Positions 9,440 to 18,794 of a stretch of DNA of 64,000 bases are shown piece by piece. Location: the NCBI GenBank assembly GCA_963696385.1, contig CAVOKF010000005.1, positions 96,001 through 160,000 of the forward strand, read 5' to 3'. The notes under the pieces were generated by a model. That model did no database searches, was not told the origin of the DNA, and worked only from the letters and a program-made list of their open reading frames with translations. The DNA comes from an uncultured delta proteobacterium. Its GTDB lineage: Bacteria; Myxococcota_A; Polyangia; Polyangiales; Polyangiaceae. Each line of letters starts with the position of its first letter. The first letter of the stretch is position 1. Position numbers and translations under genes: made by a program.

Positions 9440-10897
9440 ATGGACCCGGGCAAGGCGGGCCAGGCTATCCGTGCGCGCGTGGAGCCGCTCGCGCCACTGA
9501 CGGTCGCCGATGCCGCCGCCAAAACGGGTCTTCCGCTGCGCGATGCCGAAAGCGGCCTCAAGTGGCTCTCAAAGGAGTATCGCGGGCAACTGCGCGTCAC
9601 GAGCGAAGGTCAGCTCGTGCACCGCTTCCCTTACGGTTTCGCCAAGCCGTGGGCTCGTGCGGATGAACGACGGCGCATCCTCGCGGCCATAGGTCGTGCC
9701 TTGCTCGGAGCCCTACGTTTCGTCGTCCGCGCCTGGGTTGCGGTCGTTCTGGTGGGGTACGCGGCATTCTTCGTCGCGCTCCTTCTGGGCATGACGTTCG
9801 CCCGTCAAGGAAACGATTCTCGCCGCAGCAACGACAGCCTTCCGGGCGGCATGATGGCGTATGCGCTGCTGCGCATCGTCGCCGACGCTCTCTTCTGGAC
9901 GTTTCACCCGTGGTCGCCGTTCGCGGGCCATGTCGGGTACGCCTCCGCTTGGAACGGGCGGTTCGAGCGCGACCGCGCCCCGCGGCGAGGCTCGCGGGGG
10001 CCGCGCGTTCCTTTGTACGAGCGGGTCAATCGGTTCTTCTTCGGCCCCAACCCCGCCCCCGAAGATCCCCTCGAGGACGAGCGCCGCTTGGTGACGGCAA
10101 TACGCGCCGGCAAAGGACGAATCGGGTTGGCCGACGTGATGCGAGTCACCGGTCTGCCGCGCGAGCTGGCAGATCCACTGATGGCTAAGCTGATGCTCGA
10201 CTACGATGGCGACGTCGCGGTGAGCGAAGAGGGCGGAATTGTTTACCGCTTTCCAGAAATGCGCAAGACCGCGTTGGAGACGCGCGAAGCCGAGCCCGCG
10301 CCCGCCTGGACGAGGGCTAAGCCTCTGGCGCCGCTAACGGGCAATTCATTGGGGGCCAACGCGGCCATCGTGGGCTTGAACGCGTTCAACTTGATGATGG
10401 GTTTCTGGGCTGTCGGCAATGGCCTGACGATAGAGCGTGTGGCTCACCTCTTCGACCGGGTGCCGTATCAAGTGGTGGATACCGGCGTCCCGATTGCGTT
10501 AGGCGTCGTGCCGATCGTTTTCTCGACGCTCTTGTTCGCAGTACCTCTGGCGCGTGCAATGGCTCGGCCGTGGCATAAGCACCGCGCCGCGGAAGAGAAG
10601 GCCCGACTGGCCCTGTTGCGGGTCGTGCTGGAGCGGGTTCGAGCGAAAGAACCAGTGACCGACAGTGCTGTGGCCGATGCGTGGCGAAGCGCCCGGGGTG
10701 AGGACGCCGACCCGAAGCGGCTCGACCGCGAGCTAGTCGCCCTGGGGGGCGACGTTGCCATCCAGCCCGATGGCAAGACGCGATGGCGTTTCGTAGACCT
10801 CGAGGCCGAGGCCGTGGCCGTCGCTGCGGAGAGGGAGGCTGCCGCCGATGAAGAGGCTCGCCTCGGGAAGGTGGTGTTCGCTACCGAAGACCCCTGA
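9440..10897 (+). CDS. Membrane protein with three winged-helix-like repeats (resembles plant At5g03900 / cyanobacterial family)
   Basis: Three related units ending G.L/V.V..EG..V.RFP, separated by TM hairpins. Family resemblance is from memory. Confidence 0.65.
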   Translation: MDPGKAGQAIRARVEPLAPLTVADAAAKTGLPLRDAESGLKWLSKEYRGQLRVTSEGQLVHRFPYGFAKPWARADERRRILAAIGRALLGALRFVVRAWVAVVLVGYAAFFVALLLGMTFARQGNDSRRSNDSLPGGMMAYALLRIVADALFWTFHPWSPFAGHVGYASAWNGRFERDRAPRRGSRGPRVPLYERVNRFFFGPNPAPEDPLEDERRLVTAIRAGKGRIGLADVMRVTGLPRELADPLMAKLMLDYDGDVAVSEEGGIVYRFPEMRKTALETREAEPAPAWTRAKPLAPLTGNSLGANAAIVGLNAFNLMMGFWAVGNGLTIERVAHLFDRVPYQVVDTGVPIALGVVPIVFSTLLFAVPLARAMARPWHKHRAAEEKARLALLRVVLERVRAKEPVTDSAVADAWRSARGEDADPKRLDRELVALGGDVAIQPDGKTRWRFVDLEAEAVAVAAEREAAADEEARLGKVVFATEDP

Positions 10898-10975
10898 CGC
10901 CGTTCCGACGCACGGGCGTAACCTCCGTCATTACGTCGGGAATCGTTGTGCGGAGACACTGTTATTAAGGAAACC

Positions 10976-12439
10976 ATGCCCTTCGCAAAACTCATCCCTA
11001 TCGCCACCATCCTGCTCCTCTTCGACACTGGCTGCCAGCACTCCGCTTCCGCCGCCTCACCGCCGGATACGGCGCAACCGATCCCCGCTCCTTTCACGGC
11101 GGCTCCGGTCCTTCCGGGAACGCCCGATGTGGCGACTCTCGTCGCCCGAGTGCGGCCATCCGTGGTCAACATCACGACCGTGCAACAAGTGCGAAAGCCC
11201 CAGATCGCTTTTGGTTTTCCTGACTTCGGCGGGTTTCCCTTCTTCGATCAAGGGCGGCAAGGACCCGCGCCCCCGCATCCCTTCGGCGGAGGCGACGAAG
11301 TCATGAGGCAGCAAGCCTTGGGCTCGGGGTTTCTCATCGATTCACAGGGCCATGTTGTCACGAATGCACACGTGGTGGACGACGCCGACACCGTGAAGGT
11401 CAAGCTGGCCGATGATCGAGAGTTTCGTGCGAAGGTTGTCGGTAAGGACGATCGGCTGGATGTTGCCGTTTTGCAGGTCGACCGCGCGCCGAGCGATTTG
11501 CCCCTCGCTTCGCTCGGGCAAAGCGACGCGACGCGGGTGGGGGAATACGTCGTCGCGATCGGAAACCCGTTCGGCCTCGGGAACACCGTTACCATGGGGA
11601 TCGTCAGCGCTAAGGGCCGGTCGATCGGCGCCGGTCCTTACGATGATTTCATCCAGACCGACGCCAGCATCAATCCCGGCAACAGCGGCGGACCGCTATT
11701 CAATCTGCGCGGCCAGGTCGTGGGAATCAACACGGCGATCAATCCTCAGGGTAAAGGGATTGGCTTCGCGATTCCAATCGACGCCGTGCGAGACATTTTG
11801 CCCCAGCTCATCTCAACGGGCCACGTCTCACGTGGCCGAATCGGAGTCGTGATTCAATCGATGGACGAGGATCTCGCCAAGGCTCTCGGCCTCGAACGAC
11901 CCCACGGCGCCATTGTGGAAGACCTGGAGCCGGGTAGTCCGGGGGAAAAATCGGGCATCAAAGAAGGCGACGTCATCCTCGCGGTCGACGGTCAGGATAT
12001 CCCCCGCTCCGAGGATCTGCCGCGACTCATCGCGCGACATCCCCCCGGCACCCATGTGCGTCTGACCGTCCTGCACGATAAGCAGCGGCGCGATCTGGAC
12101 GTTGTGCTCGCGGCACTCAAAGACGATGGCGAACACGGTTCTCCCTCTTCGCCGGGATCAAACGCGACTCCCGGTCAGCCGTCGGGGCTGGGCCTCGGTC
12201 TTGCTGAGGCCAACGGTAGGGTGGTCGTCGAGAGCGTGGTCCCCGACAGTCCCGCCGACGGCAAGGTCCGTCCCGGAGACGTTATCGTTGAGATCAATCA
12301 CCAGCCGATCACCGGCGCGGCCGACCTCGCGTCGAAAGTCCGCGCGACCCCCGTCGACAACCCCGTTCTGTTAAGGGTGAGGCGAGGCGATCAGTCGAGG
12401 TACGTGGCCATCGACCGCAGCAGCTCGATGCAAAAGTGA
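10976..12439 (+). CDS. HtrA/DegP-family serine protease with two PDZ domains, probable lipoprotein
   Basis: LGSGF, TNAHVV, DVAVL, IQTDASINPGNSGGPL, two PDZ (GDVILAVDG, GDVIVEINHQ); lipobox-like LFDTGC; AAGGA RBS before ATG 10976. Confidence 0.95.
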   Translation: MPFAKLIPIATILLLFDTGCQHSASAASPPDTAQPIPAPFTAAPVLPGTPDVATLVARVRPSVVNITTVQQVRKPQIAFGFPDFGGFPFFDQGRQGPAPPHPFGGGDEVMRQQALGSGFLIDSQGHVVTNAHVVDDADTVKVKLADDREFRAKVVGKDDRLDVAVLQVDRAPSDLPLASLGQSDATRVGEYVVAIGNPFGLGNTVTMGIVSAKGRSIGAGPYDDFIQTDASINPGNSGGPLFNLRGQVVGINTAINPQGKGIGFAIPIDAVRDILPQLISTGHVSRGRIGVVIQSMDEDLAKALGLERPHGAIVEDLEPGSPGEKSGIKEGDVILAVDGQDIPRSEDLPRLIARHPPGTHVRLTVLHDKQRRDLDVVLAALKDDGEHGSPSSPGSNATPGQPSGLGLGLAEANGRVVVESVVPDSPADGKVRPGDVIVEINHQPITGAADLASKVRATPVDNPVLLRVRRGDQSRYVAIDRSSSMQK

Positions 12440-12440
12440 C

Positions 12441-13613
12441 ATGATGGGCCGCCCTACGGGCGAGGGCCGCGATGCTGCGCTTGGTGGAGGAGCCGCCTTG
12501 AACCGGAGCGAAGTCTCAGACGGTGTGGTGGTAGCGCGTGCCCCGCGGCCTTACACGCTCATAGCCGAACTCACATATCGATGCGCGTTGCACTGTCCAT
12601 ACTGCTCGAACCCAGTGGACCATGCGGCCCGGACGGCTGAGCTCGACACATCGCAGTGGCTGAGTGTGTTTTCCGGCGCCGAGGGGCTTGGGGTCGTCCA
12701 GTTGCACTTGACCGGCGGCGAACCGCTCGCGCGGCGCGACCTCGAAGCTCTCGTCGCCGGAGCGCGCGACTGCGGGCTTTACACGAATCTCATCACGAGC
12801 GGTGTCCCGCTCGCCCGTGAGCGCCTGGTATCGCTCAAGGCTGCGGGCCTCGATGCGGTTCAGCTCAGTCTTCAAGGGATAGACGCCGACAGCTGCAATC
12901 GGATCGCGGGGTACGATTGCTTCGATGCCAAGCTCATCGCCGCCAGATGGGTTGGCGAGCTCGGTCTGCCGCTTACTCTCAACGTCGTCTTGCACCGTGA
13001 CAACATCGATCAGATCGGGGAAGCGGTTGGCCTCGCGGAGCGCCTGGGGGCCCATCGGCTGGAACTCGCGAATACTCAATACCTGGGCTGGGGCCTCGCC
13101 AATCGTCGCGCTCTGCTGCCGACACGCGAACAGCTCGACCGCGGGCGAACGATCGCGCACGCCGCCAGGGTGCGGCTTGAAGGGCGCATGGAGGTTCTCT
13201 TCGTGATGCCCGACTACTATTCGGACCACCCGCGCGTGTGCATGGATGGGTGGGGACGACGCTTTATCGATGTAACCCCGGACGGCTTCGTGTTGCCGTG
13301 CCAGTCGGCGCGGTCGATTCCCGGGCTGACGTTCGCTCGCGTCGGTGACGGCAGTCTGCGCGACGCCTGGGAACATTCCCCGGGGATGCGTGCGTTCCGC
13401 GGCGACGAATGGATGCTGGAGCCCTGTCGCAGCTGCGCGAAGAGGTCTGTTGACTTCGGCGGTTGCCGGTGTCAAGCGTACCTGCTCACGGGCGATGCTG
13501 CAGCATCCGACCCCGCTTGCTCCCTGTCGCCGCACCACGCAACCGTTGTGCGAGCTCGCCTCGCAAGCGGCGGGTCGGCGCCTCGGCGCTTTCTCTACCG
13601 CGGTGCGCGATGA
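12441..13613 (+). CDS. pqqE: PqqA peptide cyclase, radical SAM/SPASM enzyme
   Basis: AELTYRCALHCPYCSNP, GGEPL, ELANTQY.GW, CMDGWG, CRSC..DFGGCRCQAY, DPACSLSP. Start may be about 25 codons later. Confidence 0.95.
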   Translation: MMGRPTGEGRDAALGGGAALNRSEVSDGVVVARAPRPYTLIAELTYRCALHCPYCSNPVDHAARTAELDTSQWLSVFSGAEGLGVVQLHLTGGEPLARRDLEALVAGARDCGLYTNLITSGVPLARERLVSLKAAGLDAVQLSLQGIDADSCNRIAGYDCFDAKLIAARWVGELGLPLTLNVVLHRDNIDQIGEAVGLAERLGAHRLELANTQYLGWGLANRRALLPTREQLDRGRTIAHAARVRLEGRMEVLFVMPDYYSDHPRVCMDGWGRRFIDVTPDGFVLPCQSARSIPGLTFARVGDGSLRDAWEHSPGMRAFRGDEWMLEPCRSCAKRSVDFGGCRCQAYLLTGDAAASDPACSLSPHHATVVRARLASGGSAPRRFLYRGAR

Positions 13614-13616
13614 GTT

Positions 13617-13895
13617 TCACCCGGGCTCGACGAGACCTCGTCGCAACATCTCGTTGAGGAATGCAACGACGTCACGGTGTACCGCAATTGCGTGTCCAGC
13701 TTGGTTCGAGGGGCGTCGCGCAACCGTAAGTTCCGCGACAATCTCATGGACCGATCGCGACCCATCGCAAAGTTTGAGGATGGCCGCCGCGGAATCGTTC
13801 AATGCGAGCCCGCGCTCTGGATAGAGCAGAAGGTATCGACCTTCGGTACGGTCCCATTTCAAGCGTGCCCTCGCGGCAAGACGAGGCGATTTCAA
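13617..13895 (-). CDS. pqqD: PQQ biosynthesis peptide chaperone (RRE)
   Basis: PRLAARARLKWD..YLLLYPERGLALNDSAAAILKLCDG..DVVAFL; TTG start overlaps the pqqC stop. Confidence 0.92.
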   Translation of the reverse strand: MKSPRLAARARLKWDRTEGRYLLLYPERGLALNDSAAAILKLCDGSRSVHEIVAELTVARRPSNQAGHAIAVHRDVVAFLNEMLRRGLVEPG

Positions 13896-14590
13896 GATGG
13901 GTAGGCGGCCGCAACTGCGTCGAGTAACGCCCAGAGGATCTCGCATTTGGTCACGAACGCGCCGATACACTTCTGCCGGAGATCTTCTGTCTGTGCATTG
14001 GCAATGACGAATTCGATCGCTTCGGTTGCGTCTCCGCGGGCCTGCGTCACGCGAGCGCGAAAGTACTCTTGCACGGTCGGATCGATCCATGGGTAGTGTG
14101 TCTGCCATGCGGCCAGTCGGACGCTCATGATGTCCGGGGCGAAAAACTCCGTTAGCGATGACGCGACCGCTTCGACGAGAGAGCGTTCGCGCACGAGCTG
14201 TACGTACGCATCGCAAGCAAATCGGACCGGAGCAAGGACATGGGTGAGCTCCTCGACTTCCGTCGGCTCGAGACCGACTCCCCGGGCGAGTTTCAGCCAC
14301 AAGAACAGTCCCCCTTCGCCGGGGGCATGTCCGTCGTGGTCGCTGATCCGGTGGATCCATCGACGACGAAACTCGGAGTCTTCCGATTTAGTGAGAATAA
14401 TGGCATCCTTGATGGGTAGGCGCGTCTGGTAGTAGTATCGATTGAGAACCCAACCTTGGATCTGCGCTTTGGAGAGCTCTCCGCGGTGCATCTTCACGTG
14501 GAACGGGTGTAAATCGTGATAGTGGCGTCTGCCTTCGTCGCGCAGCCGCGCGATGAAAGCGGAGCGATCGAGAATTGATTCTTCGGTCAA
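13892..14590 (-). CDS. pqqC: Pyrroloquinoline-quinone synthase
   Basis: YHDLHPFH, WVLNRYYYQ..PIKDA, RISDHDG, FACDAYV, SSLTEFFAP, KCEILW; TTG start overlaps the pqqB stop. Confidence 0.95.
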   Translation of the reverse strand: MTEESILDRSAFIARLRDEGRRHYHDLHPFHVKMHRGELSKAQIQGWVLNRYYYQTRLPIKDAIILTKSEDSEFRRRWIHRISDHDGHAPGEGGLFLWLKLARGVGLEPTEVEELTHVLAPVRFACDAYVQLVRERSLVEAVASSLTEFFAPDIMSVRLAAWQTHYPWIDPTVQEYFRARVTQARGDATEAIEFVIANAQTEDLRQKCIGAFVTKCEILWALLDAVAAAYPS

Positions 14591-15486
14591 AGTGTTACCT
14601 CCATTCCGTCCACGGCAATTTCGCAGCCAGCCTCGAGGACGGCCCGATATTCGGGCGAGCCTTCGACCAAAATTGGATTGGAGTTGTTGATGTGGGTGTA
14701 AATCCTTCGTGTCGGGGCGGACGCCTTCAATAGAAGCAGGCTGCCGCCATTCCCCCCGATGGGAAGGTGGGCCATGTCCTCTGCGCGAGCGCTCGATAGG
14801 CCGAGCCGGATGAGCTCGTCGCTCGACCAAAACGTTCCGTCGAAGAAGACGCAATCGATTCCGGCCAGGGCCCCGATCCACTCCTCCGCGGACGAGGTCG
14901 CTCCGATATACGCTGCACGCTTCTCCGTCCGCTTGTCGCGCAGCCACAGTGACGCATTGTCTTCCGGTGACGGCTGGTAGATCCCCATCAAATGCACAGG
15001 CAGTTTCCCGGCGGCGGGCCGCGCCTCGATCGTCAGCCCCTCGTCGATCTCGACCTCACGATGAAACTCGAGCTCGCGCCACACGAGCTGGCCCGAGAAC
15101 CGGTGGAGAGTGCGGCATATCGCGTTATGCCGCTCGAGCCCTCGGCGTACGGCTGAGGTAGCGTAGACGGTCAGCGGCCACGATTCGCGAAGGGAAAAGA
15201 GTCCGAGCACGTGGTCCAAGTCCCCGTTGGACAGTACGATTGAGTGGATCGGCGAATCGCGCGCGCCACGCGGCTCGAGATCGGGGGTGCTTTCGATCTG
15301 TCGGAGGATGTCGGGCGACGCGTTAATCAAGTGCCAGCGACCGCGGCCAGCGGTAACGGCGAGACTGTCTTGAGTTCTCCGCCGAACGCGAGGGTCTCCG
15401 GCGCGGACTGCGCTGCAATTGGAACAACCGCAGTTCCACTGAGGAAACGCTCCGCCTGCAGCCGAGCCGAGAACTCGGATTCGCAC
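14587..15486 (-). CDS. pqqB: PQQ biosynthesis protein B (metallo-beta-lactamase fold)
   Basis: VLGSAAGGAFPQWNCGC, RTQDS, NASPDI, NGDLDH, FDGTFW..DEL, MAHLP, HINNSNP, DGM; GTG start at 15486. Confidence 0.95.
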   Translation of the reverse strand: MRIRVLGSAAGGAFPQWNCGCSNCSAVRAGDPRVRRRTQDSLAVTAGRGRWHLINASPDILRQIESTPDLEPRGARDSPIHSIVLSNGDLDHVLGLFSLRESWPLTVYATSAVRRGLERHNAICRTLHRFSGQLVWRELEFHREVEIDEGLTIEARPAAGKLPVHLMGIYQPSPEDNASLWLRDKRTEKRAAYIGATSSAEEWIGALAGIDCVFFDGTFWSSDELIRLGLSSARAEDMAHLPIGGNGGSLLLLKASAPTRRIYTHINNSNPILVEGSPEYRAVLEAGCEIAVDGMEVTL

Positions 15487-15680
15487 GAAATCGTGATAGC
15501 ACCGCCAGTTCAGGGCGGCTCGACGCGGTTCCGAGATCGCCGCCCGCAGCCGAGGCGACGCGTCGCGAACCGTCCGCCGGGCGGGGGCCAAAGTCGTCGC
15601 GACGCACCGAGTTCTCCGGATCGTCATCGAGTCGCCATGTCGTGCGGGTTTAGGTCGAGTATCCTCGTTTTGAAGGCGAA

Positions 15681-17063
15681 ATGACTGCCGTCGCAACCCC
15701 GCGAGCCAGTGACTGGTTGGCCGGCGCGCGAACGCGCACGCTTTTCGTTCTCTGGACGACATACGGCTCTTTCTATCTCTGCCGTACCAATTTCGGACCG
15801 GCCGTTCCGTCCATGCGTCACGACCTTGGTTTCACGGCGCTTCAGATTGGGTTTCTCCTTGGTGCGGTGAAGCTCGGCTACGCTCTCGGGCAGCTCGTCA
15901 ACGGGCAGCTCACCGAGCGATACGGTGCGCGACGCATCCTGGGCATCGGGATGGTGGGCTCGAGTGTCGCAACTCTTCTTTTGGCGGCTGCCCCGTCGTT
16001 GGTCGCGTCTCCGGGCCTGTCGGGGATCGCGTGCGCCTGGGTTGGCACCCTGGTCCGCGCGGCGGCGCGAACGTGCGGCCTTGCCGTAGCCTCCAACGGT
16101 CCGCTGCCCTTGATGCTGCTTCTCGCGTTTGCGAACGGCTGGTTCCAAGCAGGCGGGTGGGCGCCCTGCGTGAAGATCGCAGGGCACTGGTTTGCGGTGG
16201 ATCTGCGCGGCAGAACGATGGGTGTCCTCGGGACGAGCCTGACGCTCGGATCGGCTTTGTCGATCCTCGTCGTCGGCGCGCTGCTTCACTTCTCGGGCGG
16301 CGATTGGCACGTCGCGTTCGTCGTCCCGCCATTTCTGCTCCTTGCATCATGGCTGCACACGTGGCTTCGCCTGCGCGAGCGGCCCCCGGGCGACGGCGGT
16401 CTCTACGTGTCCGCCGCCGTCGATCGTCTGTCCATCTCCGGGGCGCTGCGGACGACCGTCGGCAACCCGCGCATATGGGTTTTGGCCGTTGCCCTCTTTG
16501 GGGTCGACGCCGTTCGCTACGGATTTCTCGACTGGGCACCGGGACATCTGGCCGAGATGCACGGGTCCAGCGTTTCGGCGGCCGCAATGAAGACCGCTGT
16601 TTTCCCGTTGGCTGGGGCTGTGGGCGCGCTTTCGTCGGGCTGGCTGACGGACCGTCTCTTCGGGTCTCGGCGGGCCCCCGTCTGTGCCCTCTTGCTCGGC
16701 GGGGTCGCCCTCCTGACCGTCGCGTATCGGACGATGGTCAGCTGGGGCGCGGTACCCACGATCGTGTGCCTTGGGCTCGCGGGATTCTGCGTGTACGGCG
16801 CGCAGATCCTCCTCGTGGGGACAGCGGCGCAGGACTTTGCGCGTCGCGGTGCCACTGCGGCTGCCGCGGGCTTCGTGGACTTTATGGGACACGTGGGGGC
16901 TTTCAGCGGCGACGTCGTCACGGCGTTTATGCTGAAGCGTCACGGTTGGGGCGGCGCTATTGCGTGGTGGGCGAGCGCGGCCTTTGCGGCCGCGCTGCTC
17001 GTTGCCACGCTCTGGCGCGCCCGGCCTAACGATTCGACGCTTCCGAACCCCGCCGAACGGTGA
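15681..17063 (+). CDS. MFS transporter, GlpT/UhpT (organophosphate antiporter)-like
   Basis: YGSFYLCRTNF, NGWFQAGGWAPC..HWF..RG, VRYGFLDWAP, GWLTDRLFGSRR, AAGFVDFMG; about 12 TM segments. Confidence 0.88.
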   Translation: MTAVATPRASDWLAGARTRTLFVLWTTYGSFYLCRTNFGPAVPSMRHDLGFTALQIGFLLGAVKLGYALGQLVNGQLTERYGARRILGIGMVGSSVATLLLAAAPSLVASPGLSGIACAWVGTLVRAAARTCGLAVASNGPLPLMLLLAFANGWFQAGGWAPCVKIAGHWFAVDLRGRTMGVLGTSLTLGSALSILVVGALLHFSGGDWHVAFVVPPFLLLASWLHTWLRLRERPPGDGGLYVSAAVDRLSISGALRTTVGNPRIWVLAVALFGVDAVRYGFLDWAPGHLAEMHGSSVSAAAMKTAVFPLAGAVGALSSGWLTDRLFGSRRAPVCALLLGGVALLTVAYRTMVSWGAVPTIVCLGLAGFCVYGAQILLVGTAAQDFARRGATAAAAGFVDFMGHVGAFSGDVVTAFMLKRHGWGGAIAWWASAAFAAALLVATLWRARPNDSTLPNPAER

Positions 17064-17129
17064 CGACCAACCGCACTTCGTTCCGCATCTTGACCTCGAG
17101 CTGGCCCGCGCGTAGTGCGGCGGACATCC

Positions 17130-18074
17130 ATGCCCCGTGCAATCGTGGCTGCCATCGCTCTTGCAGCACTATGTCTTCTCGAACCATCGATGCTCGCCGC
17201 GGATGCTGGCATGAGCGCGCGGGGCGGCCGCGCGGTGGCGCGACTCGGAGCGACGCAGTCGATCACCGTCGCCGACTTGGAAGAGCGCATAGCGAGCATG
17301 CCGTTGTTTCAGCGGATGGCTTACGGCGTGACCCCGGACGCGATCCGCCGAAGCGTGCTGACGGAGGTTTTGATTCCGGATCGCCTCCTCGCCTTGGCGG
17401 CCGATGCCGAGCACGCCGAACGGGACCCCGAAGTGGCTTATGCCACCGAGCGGGCCCTGTCCGGAGCTACCGTTCGTGCGATCCGTGCGCAGGTGGGAGA
17501 TGCGTCCGCGATCGCGATGGAAGACGTTCGTACTTACTACGAAGCCCACCGTGCGAGGTATGAGTCGCCAGAGCGCTATCAAGTGTGGCGTATTCTGTGC
17601 AAAACGCGCCAGGACGCGGCGACCTTGCTCGAGGCCTTCAAAGGGAACCCGACGCCGAAGGCTTTCTCCGATATGGCGAGAGAGCACAGTGAAGACAAAG
17701 CGACATACTTGCGAGGGGGTAACCTGGGGTTCGTGGGCGAAGACGGGTCGTCAAGTTTTCCGGATTTTCGTATTGATCCGACTATTGTGCACGTCGCACA
17801 GACGGTGCGCGACGGCGAATTCGTTCCCTATCCGGTGGCGGAGGGTAGCTACTTCTCGATCGTGTGGCGGCGCGGCACGCTTGCGGCGGTTCATCGGGAC
17901 GTCGATCAGGCAGCCGGTGCCATCCGGGAGGTTCTGGCCGGGGAACGCGTCAAAGAGGCGACGGACCGGTTGCTTCGCACGCTCAGGTCTTTGAGGGTGC
18001 ACGACAGGAACGACTCGTTGCTGCAGACGGCTTACGTCGCTTCTACGCCTGAAGCCGAAGGCGGAGCGCGTTAA
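17130..18074 (+). CDS. Exported parvulin-type peptidyl-prolyl isomerase
   Basis: Signal peptide, YYEAH..Y..PER, ILC, FSDMAREHSED..RGGNLGF. Confidence 0.8.
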   Translation: MPRAIVAAIALAALCLLEPSMLAADAGMSARGGRAVARLGATQSITVADLEERIASMPLFQRMAYGVTPDAIRRSVLTEVLIPDRLLALAADAEHAERDPEVAYATERALSGATVRAIRAQVGDASAIAMEDVRTYYEAHRARYESPERYQVWRILCKTRQDAATLLEAFKGNPTPKAFSDMAREHSEDKATYLRGGNLGFVGEDGSSSFPDFRIDPTIVHVAQTVRDGEFVPYPVAEGSYFSIVWRRGTLAAVHRDVDQAAGAIREVLAGERVKEATDRLLRTLRSLRVHDRNDSLLQTAYVASTPEAEGGAR

Positions 18075-18080
18075 CTCGCG

Positions 18081-18794
18081 TCATCCGTTCGCTGAGGTGA
18101 GCTGTGCGAGTGCGGCGACCGCCGCTGCACGTTCGGCAAGGCGCTTGCTCCTCCCTTCGCCGCGGGCCACGGGGCGATCTCCTAGATAAACCTCCACCTC
18201 GAACACTTGCGCGTGCGGAGCGCCGCGCAGCTGGACGACGCGGTACGTCGGGGCCGGCAAACCGTCGGCTTGCACCCATTCCTGGAGAGCGCTTTTCGGG
18301 TCGGGCATCGCGAACGCCTCGGCCTTGTCGAAGCGATGGCTCACCACTTCTCGCACGAGAGCTCGTGCTCCGTTCAGCCCGCGCGCCTCGTAGACGGCCG
18401 CTACGATTGCCTCCACGGTGTCGGCGAGTACGTTGGTCTGCTCGCGCTCCAGGCCGAGCGTGGCGCCGCGGCCGAGAGCGATGCACTCGCCCAGGCCGAT
18501 TCGGCGGGCCCACTCGGCGAGAGCCTCGGCATTCACTAGGGCGGCGCGCATGCGCGTCAGCTTCCCCTCGTCCGCGCTACCGTGAGCGGCCACCAACATT
18601 TCGCTCACGCAAATGCCGAGGACGGCGTCGCCCAGGAACTCGAGGCGTTGGTTGTCCGGGGCCCCGCTTTCGTTGGCGAAGCTGGCATGAGTGAGGGCCT
18701 CGTCGAGTCGATCGATCTCGCCCGCTCCGATCACTGCTTCGATCCGCGCGGACAGCATGGCGCGCGATGCAGACAGTTGCTCCGGGTTGGTCAT
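18081..18794 (-). CDS. rnc: Ribonuclease III
   Basis: ALTHAS, NQRLEFLGDAVL, ADTVEAI, dsRBD DPKSALQE..G.SKRLAE. Confidence 0.97.
   Translation of the reverse strand: MTNPEQLSASRAMLSARIEAVIGAGEIDRLDEALTHASFANESGAPDNQRLEFLGDAVLGICVSEMLVAAHGSADEGKLTRMRAALVNAEALAEWARRIGLGECIALGRGATLGLEREQTNVLADTVEAIVAAVYEARGLNGARALVREVVSHRFDKAEAFAMPDPKSALQEWVQADGLPAPTYRVVQLRGAPHAQVFEVEVYLGDRPVARGEGRSKRLAERAAAVAALAQLTSANG

Noticed and set aside
14120..14135. PqqC has Met where Klebsiella PqqC has active-site His154
   Set aside because: From memory this position varies among bona fide PqqC proteins; other motifs are intact.
15500..15680. Possible pqqA in the pqqB-MFS spacer (MSCGFRSSIL on the plus strand)
   Set aside because: No ExxxY motif in the frames I read, and wrong strand relative to pqqB.
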